NCBI RefSeq assembly: GCF_001194135.2
Contig: NC_068981.1
Coordinates: 94,235,238-94,299,237, forward strand
Length of the DNA stretch: 64,000 bases
Direction: 5' to 3'
Source of the DNA: Octopus bimaculoides
Lineage: Eukaryota
In this document: positions 27,729 to 38,594 of the stretch, piece by piece
Numbering within the stretch: position 1 is the stretch's first letter
How the letters are laid out: the number at the start of each line of letters is the position of its first letter
Position numbers and translations under genes: made by a program
The notes under the pieces: generated by a model
What the model saw: only the letters and a program-made list of their open reading frames with translations
Told to the model about the DNA's origin: nothing
Databases searched by the model: none

Positions 27729-30054
27729 TTGTGCTCCTCTGAGAAAAAAAAATCACTCAGTTATGGATTTTGATGTTGTTGAATTTTCTCCTGTCAAGAG
27801 GTCTTCTGCTGGTTTTGTACTCACAAAAATATTTGGTAAAGAGTATCCCTTACCTGAAAAACAGGTAAGGGTTAGTGATAAGAAGGGCATCCAGCTGTAT
27901 TATATTTGTCTGACTTATGCTAGCATGGAAAAACACATAAAAATAAAATGAACAATATATGGCAAGGCTGTGTGGTAAGAAGCTTGCTTCCCAACCACAT
28001 GGTTCAGGGCTTAGTCCCACTGTATGGCACCTTGGGCAAGTGTCTTCTACTATAGCCTCAGACTGATCAAAGTCTTGTGAGTGGGTTTGGTAGATGGAAG
28101 CTGAAAGAAACCTGTCGTGTATATAAATATACCATGAGCTCCAGCTCCTCTCCGAGCATTGGGTTCGTCAGTTTCCATCCAGTCTCCTTGGTTGATGTTT
28201 ATGCTGAAATTGACTTTGGAGTCCATGTTGGTGGTGAAAGAGTCATGGGCAGAACTTGTATGGGATGGTCAGTGCAGGTCGAGGATGTTGAAGATTCTCC
28301 TTTCTTCTCCTGCATCTAGCTTTCTCATTCTGTTGTCTGTTCTGCTCGAAAGAGCTGGTTTAATTACAGATAGCAGTCCTCCAGGCTGTCCTATCCAGGG
28401 CAATCTGTTTTCATGAGGATGGCTGGATATTAGCTTGAGCCAAGGTCTGTTTGAGCTGGTCTTTAAAATGGAATTTCAGACCTCCTCTGGGTCTTGTTCT
28501 GATTGCAAGTTCTCTGTAGAACATGACCCTTGGGAAATGAGAGGGCTCCATACGTTGGATGTGACCTGCCCAGCAGAGACGATGGCAAAGAATGGTGGCT
28601 TCGACATTTAGTAGTGAGGTACAGCGAAGAACCTCATTGTTGGTAACGTGATCTTCCCATTGTATGTTGAGGATCTATCATAGCTTTGATTGTTGGAAGC
28701 ATTCAAGGCACTTGAAGTCATGGTGTCCCTCATTATTAGGCAAAATCAACCTTCTCTCAATAAATAAATGTATATTCATTCAAGACCAGTTGTTTTCCCA
28801 CTGACTGTTGGCAACACCTATCTGCACACATTCTGTTAAAAAATAAATTGAATCTGCACAGATGCCAACAAATGGCATCCATTTTTGTGATTGGGCAACA
28901 TTTTCCCCATCACAAATTATTAGACAAGTATAATAAAAATGATAATTGTGTCAGAACAAACATTTATCTAATTCAACAGTAAAGGTTTAACAAAAAAATT
29001 ATTCATAAAGGACTTAATGGTAAACATAATAATAAGTTTGAATGAAAATAATCATGGGATTGTGATGTCATACAGCTCCTAATGTTTGATGTATGATCCT
29101 CCACATACAATAACCTCCCTTCTATGCTGATCCATTGAATTTATTAAGGTGATGATATCCTCTTGTAACATGCTTTGAGCAGCATCTACAATAGCATCCC
29201 AAAGGGCAACTTTACGTAAAACTGCCATCCATCTTGGTAAGTGCGCCTCTTCAGGACATTCCACAAGTTCTCGATTGGGTTTAAGTCAGGGGAACAAGGT
29301 GGCCACTCCATCAAACGACCTTCAGAGAAGCCTATTTGCTGTAGGTATTCCTTGTAATTCTTTGCTGCATGAGATGGGGCATTATGTTGCATGAAGACCA
29401 GCTTTCTCTTGAACGAAAATTTTTGCTTTTTGAACCACAGTTGGAAATTGTCCTTTAAGAAGGTGACATATATTTTTTTAAGAAGGTGACATATATTTTT
29501 TTAAGAAGGTGACATATATTTTTGATGTCATCTTAATGCCATCTGGGACTCTCCTTGGTCCAGCCATCATACCACCAACAATGTCAGTCCAAAACGTGAT
29601 CCCACCTCCCAACTGTTGGCGTCTCAAACAATGAGGATTGTTCCCGCTGATTGATACCCAACCTTTACTCCAGCCATTCGGTCTGTCAAGGGTAGGACGA
29701 CATTTGCCAGTGAACAGAACTGTTGAAAAATCTATCTTCATGTATTCTGCCCATTTCAGTCTCTTCTGTTTATGAACAGCCTCCAAAAGGGGCTTTGTAA
29801 CAGGTTTAACATTCCTGGCTACCTGCTTCAAGAGGCGACACCTAATAGTTTTCAATACATCTTCCTTGCCACAATGTTGAAAACTTCTCTAACTGTCTGG
29901 ATGTTTTGTGTTCGTGTCCTATTTTGTATTATATATATATATATNNNNNNNNNNNNNNNNNNNNNNNNNNNNNNNNNNNNNNNNNNNNNNNNNNNNNNNN
30001 NNNNNNNNNNNNNNNNNCTATTTATATTTTTAGCGGAATACGTACACTTTGTCT

Positions 30055-30090
<36 letters not shown>

Positions 30091-32263
30091 TTTATAGATA
30101 TCTCTGACTGAAATTAAATTAACAGTAGAAATGGGAACAATGCTATGTACTTAAATTTCCTTATGCAATCATTATCTCTTCTCAAGTTCCTGATATATAT
30201 GCTTTCATATTTTGAGTACTAAATATAGCTTTCGAACTGAATCCACATTGATACCTTCAACAGTGGTCTAAACCTAAGAGGCAATATAATAGATTCTGCT
30301 TCTTTTATAAGCTGTTCAGAAAAAGTTATAAATATGTCATTTCAAATGGCCCCTAATATTGTTTTCCTCTAATTTACTGAATGAAATTCCTGAATCTGTT
30401 TATAAATTTCTAAATTCTTTTTAAATTCAAATCTAAGGACTGGATTATTGGTTTGACATATAGCTTATGTAAATTTGACTTCACTTGTTCATTTAACATT
30501 AAACAGCAGCAATAGTGGGTAGCAGTAGCAGCTTTTCGTTTTTGTGCTAACTCCTTTTTAATAATGTGGCTGTGAACTATGAGTGTGAGCTGAAATGTTC
30601 ACAGCCTGACTATGAAGGAGTGATGCTAGAGCTGTGAAATCTTGTGTGCATTAATTTCAACTCTCCTTATTCATAACTGTATTGTTTCTCTCTTGGTAGT
30701 CTGACATGTGACTGTTCAAAGAAGACTTCAAAAGTAACTAGTAGCAACTTCTCTTGAAAATCGACAAAATTTGGCATCATGGTGTTATCAAGTACCTGCT
30801 GAAAAAGAGTTTAGCCCCCAATGTCATTCATGCTGAAATGGTTGCTACATTAGGGTATGACACTCCAGCTTTATCAACAGTGCAAAAGCATGTAGCTAAA
30901 TTTTGGAGGGAAAGGGGGAGTCTTGAAGATAACCTGAGGTCTGAATGTCCTGTAACTGCTACCACCGAGGAAAACATTAATTGTATTCGCCACATGGTGA
31001 TGGATGACAGGCAACCAATTATAAATCGAATAGTCAATGCTATTAGCATATCCTGTGAGAGATTTGAGAATATTCTACACAGTGAACTTGGTATGATGAA
31101 GGTTTTTGCTTGGTAGGTGCTATGTCTTCTGACACCCGATCAAAAGCACATCAGGCTGATCAAATCATAAGAAAATGTGACATTGTTTCAGGCAGATCTA
31201 GCTGGTTTCCTTGAATGTTTTCTAAGCCAGGATGAGGCAATCCATGCAGTGGAAACCTCACTCCTCACCTGCTCCAAAGAAGGCCAAGGTTTGAGATGCA
31301 AAAGGTATTGTGTTTATTGACTATTTTCAAAAGGGCCACGCAATCAATGGAGAGTGTTATACTAACTTGCTGAGGCAGTTATGATAGGCTATCAAGAACA
31401 AATGCTCAGGAAAGCTGACAAAAGGTGTCTTGTTTCATTAGGACAGTGCTCCAATATGCAAGTCCTTGGTTCCAGTGGCTGCTGTGCATGTCTGTGGCTT
31501 TGAACTGGTTGATCACCCTCCCTATTCTGATTTGGTTCCATCTGACTATTATCTGTTCCTCGTCAGTTGGTTGGGAACCAGTGTTGTAGTGACGGTGATA
31601 TATCTGCTGTTGATGACTTTTTTGACCAACAGGATGAAAACTTCTCCACCAACAGGATCCAAGAACTGCAACACCAGTTAGTTCAATAAAGCTTATGTCT
31701 GAGTAGGTAGAAGTGTGTGGACTGCAAGGGTGAATTATGTTGAAAAATAAACCACATTTGGTCACGGTTAGCCTATGAATTTTTCAGCTGAGTTTTGTAT
31801 AACCATCCATAAGCATAAGTTTTGATCAGGGCTGGCCTGGGGTTAAATAACATCATGACATCCATAATATCTTTTCAGACATAATAAGCTTTATTGAACC
31901 AATGAAAATTTTGTGTTTTTGTCAGTGTCATAGTGAGCTATTTACAGTGAAATACAAACCCTGAAACTGTCATCAGCTAAGATAACACATTGATACACCA
32001 AAATGTAAAATGAAAATATACCATGCTTTCATTTGTTATCGTTTTTAGATTCTTTTTTTCCATTTTTGTTTATGATTTTCTGATCAAAATCTACTTTATT
32101 TTTGCAGAGTATGAAGTTCTCTAAAGTTCTCTGTCGAAATAATGAGAAGGAGTTACTGTACCGTGTTGATGAAAATGAAAGAAAGCTTTTAGTTGAGAGG
32201 TGGCAATCAAAAGAATGTGCAGATGCCATCATGGCTTTTTTTCAGAGAAGTTCTAAAATGTAA
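10063..32263 (+). CDS. ECI2: Enoyl-CoA delta isomerase 2 (N-terminal acyl-CoA-binding domain + crotonase domain), spliced gene; join(10063..10213,10837..10935,11875..12054,15643..15712,18587..18689,20091..20211,26222..26311,27368..27511,32108..32263)
   Basis: All exon phases join in frame (356 aa from ATG 10106). ACBP motif [13 protein letters not shown]...KAKYDAW; crotonase motifs [43 protein letters not shown] (catalytic Glu position); C-terminal SKM (PTS1 type). An upstream exon may be missing. Confidence 0.96.
10837..10935 (+). CDS. ECI2: ECI2 exon ([33 protein letters not shown])
   Basis: ttacag acceptor, gtatgt donor, 99 nt, ACBP core. Confidence 0.93.
11875..12054 (+). CDS. ECI2: ECI2 exon (DEAQLNYI...[13 protein letters not shown])
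   Basis: ttttag / gtgagt, 180 nt; ACBP end, linker and crotonase start. Confidence 0.93.
12940..13152 (+). mobile_element. tRNA-derived SINE, family with cctttcatcctttcggggtcgataaaataagtacc body (other copies near 11180, 25915, 40991(-), 43100(-), 44075(-), 63840)
   Basis: Repeated many times in the window; B-box-like ttctgagttcaaatt. Confidence 0.8.
13489..13845 (+). mobile_element. tRNA-derived CORE-like SINE with (TG)n spacer and ...gactgaaacaagtaaaaga tail (other copies near 19600(-), 25720(-), 27960, 33030, 35172, 36250, 46130(-), 51275(-))
   Basis: ggttcagtcccactg..ccttgggcaagtgtcttctactatagcc motif recurs throughout the window. Confidence 0.85.
14061..14243 (-). mobile_element. RTE LINE apurinic endonuclease fragment
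   Basis: [30 protein letters not shown] matches the RTE-type APE motif. Confidence 0.65.
15643..15712 (+). CDS. ECI2: ECI2 exon ([24 protein letters not shown])
   Basis: ttttag / gtttgt, 70 nt, phase 0 to 1; fits the expected crotonase helix. Confidence 0.9.
17052..18321 (+). mobile_element. Full-length decayed mariner (cecropia/Hsmar1-like), about 1270 bp, in an ECI2 intron
   Basis: TA|tcaggttgagtaaaaaataagcaatattttg ... caaaacgttgcttactttttactcagcctga|TA; [21 protein letters not shown] motifs; stops and frameshifts. Confidence 0.93.
18587..18689 (+). CDS. ECI2: ECI2 exon ([12 protein letters not shown]...SVIL-G)
   Basis: gactag / gtgagt, 103 nt, phase 1 to 2; oxyanion-hole motif. Confidence 0.93.
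20091..20211 (+). CDS. ECI2: ECI2 exon ([40 protein letters not shown])
   Basis: ttctag / gttggt, 121 nt. Confidence 0.95.
23609..24030 (+). mobile_element. CR1/L2-like LINE 3' fragment
   Basis: [41 protein letters not shown] across shifted frames. Confidence 0.7.
24132..24472 (+). mobile_element. tRNA-derived SINE (inverted-orientation copy at about 58826-59132; relatives at 23085-23400 and 54700-54950)
   Basis: A-box tagcttagcgg, B-box gagttcagttcc; high similarity to the 58826-59132 reverse copy. Confidence 0.8.
25131..25551. mobile_element. hAT-type MITE (contains an N gap)
   Basis: cagaagttctcaac ... gttgagaagctctg TIRs; 8-bp TSD atttagat / gtttagat. Confidence 0.8.
26222..26311 (+). 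CDS. ECI2: ECI2 exon ([30 protein letters not shown])
   Basis: tttcag / gtaagt, 90 nt; catalytic Glu motif. Confidence 0.95.
27368..27511 (+). CDS. ECI2: ECI2 exon ([25 protein letters not shown]...FPPQ)
   Basis: ttgcag / gtaaat, 144 nt. Confidence 0.94.
28130..28740 (-). mobile_element. RTE-clade LINE 3' fragment
   Basis: [44 protein letters not shown] on the minus strand. Confidence 0.85.
29060..29900 (-). mobile_element. Tc1-like (DD34E-type) transposase remnant
   Basis: [30 protein letters not shown] motifs; frameshifted. Confidence 0.88.
30580..31797 (+). mobile_element. Near full-length decayed mariner (irritans-like) in the last ECI2 intron
   Basis: TA|tgagtgtgagctgaaatgttcacagcctgac left TIR, degenerate right TIR ending ...ttttg|TA; [21 protein letters not shown] motifs. 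Confidence 0.88.
32108..32263 (+). CDS. ECI2: ECI2 last coding exon (SMKFSK...[22 protein letters not shown])
   Basis: ttgcag acceptor, TAA at 32261-32263, AATAAA motifs near 32540-32563. Confidence 0.94.
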   Translation, partial: SMKFSKVLCRNNEKELLYRVDENERKLLVERWQSKECADAIMAFFQRSSKM

Positions 32264-33644
32264 ATTATCTTTTTAGTTATAGAAATTCTCTGAAGTAATT
32301 ACTGAATTATGATAAACATTGATTAAAAAAAGATTCATTGAGTTGATATGTTCTGAAATTAAAAACTAAAAAATTATTAGAACTTTTCCATTGATAAAAA
32401 CACTCATATGTATAAAGTGAGCTTTGAATTTCCAGCTTGGAACTTTTTAATGTATTTGAAAAGCTATTCACTAAAAAGTTGTCAACAGAGAAAATATCTC
32501 AGAGCTATTGTTGTACTTCAACTATAGTTGATATAGAAAAATAAATATATTTTATAAAATAAAGAATTAAGAAAAAAATTTTTTTGTTTATTTTTACATA
32601 ACTGGTTTTAGTCATTGGACTGTGGTCATGCTAGAGCACCATCTCAAATGTTTGGTTGAACATATTGACCCCACAATCTTTATTTATCAAATGTCAAACT
32701 ATTCAGTTTTGGGATACCAAAGGATACACTATTAACAATACTAGCCATTTTTTTTACCCAGTACAGCATAAACACAATGCAAAAATACAAACACATATAT
32801 GAACATACATCATCATCAACATCATTATCTATGCAAGTGGTTGTGAGTATAAATCTATGTGTGTATATAGATATTTATATCTCATTACTGACCCAGTACA
32901 CATAAACAACTTACTTGGGATAAAAAGCTAGCCGATCTTTCCTCTATTGTTGGAAGATATTTATATATACACACACACTCACACTCTCACGGAGAGAGAA
33001 TGACAGAGAGAAAGAGAGAGATGTGCAGGTATTACAGTGTGGTAAGAAGTTTGCTTCCCAATCACATGGTTTCATGTTCAGTTCCACTGCATTGCACCTT
33101 GAGCAAGTATCTTCAGATGTAGCCCTGCACTGACCAAAGCCAAACCTTGTGAGTGAATTTGGTAGAGGGAAACTGAAAGAAGTGTGTCTTATGTATGTAT
33201 CTTACTTCTTCTCACTATCATCCCTCCCCATTAATCACTCCATTATTACTACCCTATGCCTGTTCCATTTTCCAAAGATTAAGCCAACATATAGTCCCAT
33301 CACTTTTGATAATTTAGTAGACTGGCCTGGCATTAATTGCTTCTCACATTACTGACCAGTACACATAAACAACTTACTTGAGATAAAAAGCTAGCCGATC
33401 AGAGCCGATCTTTCCTCTATCGTTGGAAGTTTAGATAACTGGGTCACTTGGGTCAATTATCTCCTCTCCCTACTGTAAACTTGAATAATACTTAAATTCT
33501 TCTTTGCTCTGACCAAATATACACTATTCTGATGTGTTCATTCTGCCAACTGAATTGTAGCAGAATCAATGTAAATATTTTTACTCCATGAATTTGTTAA
33601 CTATGTTGAATAAGTTGAACTGTCCTTTACGTTCGAAGATCATG

Positions 33645-33733
33645 AATTCATCTGATGAAAATGGTTTCTTTGCAATGATGTAATGTTCTCATTAATCAAT
33701 TAAAGAAGTCATTAGAAACGGCCATAATGAATT
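33645..33733 (+). ncRNA. Putative minimal type-I hammerhead ribozyme motif (Penelope pLTR type), one stem-III mismatch
   Basis: Stem I aattcat/atgaatt (7 bp); CTGATGA at 33652-33658; 12-bp stem II; GAAAC at 33715-33719; near-palindromic ACGGCCAT; A at the cleavage position 33726. Confidence 0.6.
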
Positions 33734-33754
33734 GACACCTGTACCTCTTTGTTA

Positions 33755-33802
<48 letters not shown>

Positions 33803-35817
33803 GTTTTGGTATCCAGAAGACCCAAAATGGCAGGTAAGGATATGTAAGTGCTATGGAAGGACTGTAGTTAGACTCCTGGTTCGATAATAGTATGAGTAAG
33901 GAGTCTAATGTGGGTCGTGTGTGAGCATGTATATGTTAAATAAAATGAGACAATAAAGTCAAGGCAGTGTGAAATTTATACGACATAAAGAGAAAGGTAG
34001 TCTTACAGGTAGTCTTACTATCTTTCTCTTTATAAATATCCTAGAAATTTCACACTGCCTTGACTTTGTTGTCTCATTTTATTTAACACACACACGTGCG
34101 TGTGTGTGTGTGGTTATATGCGTATGTATATACATGTGATAATTAAAATGAGGAAAAGAGAAATTCAAATTGATGTTATGTTCACTTCACTAAAGAAACA
34201 TTTTTTATTCTATACCACATATATAGATATGCAATAAATAAAATATATGTAATATGCAATGAAATGAAATGAAATTATTATTGTTCATTTACCTCATCAG
34301 ACATCATTATTTGAAACAGTTCACTGTATCCCAAGGAAGATCTTTGACTACCTCCTTGACCTTAATCTCCAGCTCTAAAACAAGAATTCAAGTACTCCTT
34401 TGTACCAGTTCAACCTGGATAGCTGTTTCTGGGGTTTGATGTTAAATAAGAGCTGTAATGTGTATTGTGTGTAGAAATACATAAAGTAAATTGGTGTTAG
34501 CAAATGTATAAGAATCAACACAAGTTTAAATTGAACACTTCACCTCATCGTCAGAAGAGTGTGAAATTTGGGCAACGATGATCTTTATGTATATATATAT
34601 ATGAATAGAAATCAAACAGATAGGTAGCCTCTATTTGATAAATTAATAGAGCTGGTAATAGATAGCAGGCATAGAAGAAAAGTTCAAGAATGAGATAGTC
34701 CTGGATGTGAGGGGAGACATTAATGGAAAGTCATGCAAGAAAACCAGAAATGAATGAGTAAGGAAGGAGGACGGGAGATGCAAAGACATCGGATATGGGG
34801 GTCATAGCTATAATGACAATGTAATTCAGTCAAAACCAATGAGTTGACTCTAAGGGTGAGTGGGCAGTAGATTGAAACGTCAGAAGAGTATAATGACAAT
34901 AAACAGAAAGATGAAAATTAAAAGGAAGAGCAAATTACCTCCTTGCTGTGTATATGCCTCCCCCACTGTCTAGCTGTCAAGTTGGAAGCCAACAAGTGTG
35001 TGGAAGTGTGGTGTCCCTTATAAAATTTTTAGCAAAGGATGTAAAAGTAAATGATAGCTGAGGTTGATTTAATTAGAGGAGAAAGGTTGGGAAGGTAGTT
35101 AGAGGAGTAAACATATGACTAATTAACAGATTAATAGTCATGTGGATAAATAAATATAATTCCTTGAAGAGGTGCAGGCATGGCTGTGTGGTAAGAAGCT
35201 TGTTTCCCAGTCACATGGTTCTGGGTTCAGTCTCACTGCATGGAATCTGGGGCAAGTGTCTTCTCTAGCCTTGGGCCAACCAAGCCTTGTGAGTGGATTT
35301 GGTAGACAGAAACTGAAAGAAGCCCATCATATATATATCTGTAAAAATATGTGACAATTATTCGGTAGCCATGATAGAACTACAAGTTTCAGATGCTGGG
35401 GCAGAAACCCACACCGCCATCTCTTCAGTTATCTGGAGTTCTATCATGGCTACCAAATAATTGTCACATTTTTACAGATAAATTCCTCTATTTTACATAA
35501 TATTGAGGTCTCTTTCTTTCTTTTGTTGTCTTTTCTATCAATATATATATATATATATANNNNNNNNNNNNNNNNNNNNNNNATATATAAATAGAGAGAG
35601 AAAGGTTATGAGAGGTAATGGTGTCAATAAGACCCAAAGGTGTCAGGTAATGCCGAGTAAGTGTTATGGAAAGACCATAGTTAAGCTCCAAGTTCATTGA
35701 TTATGCAAATAAGGGGTCCAACATAGGTCATGTATCAGAATTTGTATATATAAAAATTTTTTTTTAGAATGAGATAAAAAACCAAGGCTGTGAAGATTTT
35801 AGAACATTTATAAATAG

Positions 35818-35864
35818 GTCTTACAGCTGTTTCCAGGTATTTATTATATCCCTTCATCGGAGAC
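35818..35864 (-). ncRNA. Putative minimal hammerhead motif (U4C core variant); inverted decayed copy at 36106-36153(+)
   Basis: GTCT-CCGATGA-AG-GGATAT..ATACC-TG-GAAAC-AGCT-GTA-AGAC; palindromic ACAGCTGT stem III. Confidence 0.5.
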
Positions 35865-37879
35865 GGTGTGAGAAAATGGTTAAGCAATATCAAATAGTTA
35901 AGTAACCTCTATTTGATAGATTAATAGAGCTGGTAATAGATAGCAGGCATAGAAGATAAGTTCAAGAATGAGATAGTCCTGGATGTGAGGGAGGAAATTA
36001 ATGGAAAGTCATGCAAGAAAACCAGAAAAGAATGAGTAAGGAGGGAGGACGGGAGACTCAAAGACATCGGATATCTAAACTATTGCTTAACCATTTTCTC
36101 ACACTGTCTCCAATGAAGGGACATAACAAATATCCTGGAAGCAGTTGTAAGACCTTCTATTTATAAATGTTCTAAAATCTTCACACCCTTGGTTTTTTAT
36201 CTCATTTTGAAAAGAATTTATATATTTATATATATATATATTTGTGTGTGTGTCTGTCTTTGTCCCCCACCATCCTTTGACATCTAATGCTGGTGTGTTT
36301 ATGCCCCTGTAACTTAGTGGTTTGGCAAAAGGGACCGATAGAATAAGTTCTGGGGTCGATTTCTTCCACTAACACCCTTTAAGGCAGTGCTCCAGCATGG
36401 CCACGGTCAAATGAGTGAAACAAGTAAAAGAATAAAAGAATGACTTAAAGGACATAAATGTGTATATTTATAAGGTATGAAGAAAGAAAATGCTAAAGAT
36501 AAAGTTTAAGAATTAGGTGCTCTAGAAAGGAGGGGGGCAAAAAATAGGAGGCATGTATAGATTCTACTCAGAACATAGATCTATGGTAATAGAACCGTTT
36601 TTAAAAAATTGACAGCAGCCAAATGTGATAGCCTCCCTTTGGTGATTGAGAAGACAGTGAGAACTTTCCTTTAAGATATTGACAAACTTTGTGCAACAGG
36701 GGTTGCATGGAAATCTGCCACTCTGATTGGGCCTTTTTGTTTTAATAATGGACCAAGCAATATTATAGGGAATGTTATTGTTAAGATGGATATGTGATTA
36801 GCTCACAAAGTGGAAGTTTTGTGTATTACTGAGGCAAACAAGTGAAGATGGGATAGAAATTGTCTCCTAAAGTCAATCGATGCATCTATATAAACATTAG
36901 TAGAATTCTGTTGTGTATAATGCACAATACATTTATATACTATGCTATATCTCAAGCAATGACCATACAGGGTGCATTTACCAGGAATTCTACAGATGCA
37001 TTGTTTTTTATCTCATAGTAAACAACAATTACTGTCAGTACCATTAGTGTTACATTTCCTATCAATAGTTAAACTAGTATTTATATAAAGTGAACAAAGC
37101 CTGGTACTTGATTTGGTATTATTGTGTTGTTATTACTAAAATTATCTCCTTTATTAATGTCAGAATGACCATTGATGTTGTATAGAAGGATAGGTACATC
37201 AATATTCCTCAAATGATTCCTATGATTAATATAGCTACTACAGTTGAAACGTATATTGTATCAGCTTTCAAAGATTTGCAAAATTTTGTTGAAAATAATG
37301 TTTATTGTTGTACATTTTGGTTAAAATTTTAAATGAGGACTCCTGCTTCACTGGGTGAAAAGAGAAACTGCCAGACTATACTCGAAAATACACGTGTTAT
37401 TTTTTTCTTATTTAGAATTATGGTGGTAGTAACGCCAATTGTATTCAACAAAGTGGTTGGAGGAAAATTTTCTCATGCAAGTCTATGAGAGAACATTTGC
37501 ACTATAACAACAATAACAGGAACAATAGCATCAACTGCTACAACAATAACAGCAAAAGTAATGACAACAATTAAGTACAAGGTTTTTAACATTACAAGCA
37601 ACAACGGTATCAGTAGCAATAAATACAAAAGTGAATGAAACAACGACGACGATGATGATAGCAACAGCAATGACAACAACGGCAGGAATAACAAGAATAA
37701 AAATGACAAAGTAAGCGGTAAGGGACTCTAGAGACAAGTAATCTTTGTGATGAAATCAAAACAATACTTTTCACTTTCCCTAAATGACAAGGAAGTGTGC
37801 CTAACACAGGCGATATGGCTTGTGAAGGTAATTGGGCAGAGAGTACAAGTTGCCCGCCTAGCAGTGGTTTTGGCAACAA

Positions 37880-38390
37880 CTACATGGAAGACAGTGGTGT
37901 ATCACTGTATATTGGCAAAAAATCCAGTGCCAAGAAACAGCAACACATGTCCAGGTGGAAAGTGCCATCAAAGAAATGTGGACAGATGTAGACCATGTGA
38001 CCAGGGCTGCAGTTGGGGAGCGTGGAAGTCCTCTTCAAGAGTGAAGCCCTTATGCCAAAGTACTCCAAAGTATCCATATGCAGCATGGAACTCACCCTCA
38101 ACATATTTAAGGAGAAGGACTTGTTGCACTGTTGCATTAAGATAGAGTTTCACTTGGACTGGGCATCAGGTGAATTTTGGCTTGTGTTACTTTGGAGAGC
38201 ATTGGCACACTTCTCAATGCCAAATGAATGGAAAAGAAATTTTGATTAGGGGTCACAATAGAGATCCTCCAGATCAAGCTGGAGGATGTGAAAATGATCC
38301 CAGAACTTATTAATCTGCCCAATGGAGTGGAGCTGCATGTTGCAGTTGAGAGCAGATGGACATGTGTAGTGCAGAAGGCCACTTAAGAGC
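37880..38390 (+). mobile_element. Possible decayed LINE ORF1 (gag-like) fragment
   Basis: GSVEVLFKSEALMPKYS..PSTYLRRR..IPELINLPNGVELHVAVESR..C..C..GH pieces in shifting frames; recognition from memory only. Confidence 0.35.
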
Positions 38391-38594
38391 ATTCTCTTAT
38401 TAAAAAAATATAATTAAAAGACACTAGAAAGGAAGCCTTCACTACAACAGTATACAGCAGTAACAACAACAGCAGTGATGAGAACAAAAACAACAGTAGC
38501 AGCATCACCATCACCACCACCAACAACAATAGTAGCAATAGCAGCAGCAGCAGCATCAACACATACAGGCAAAGCTGCAACAAGAACAAGGTGG

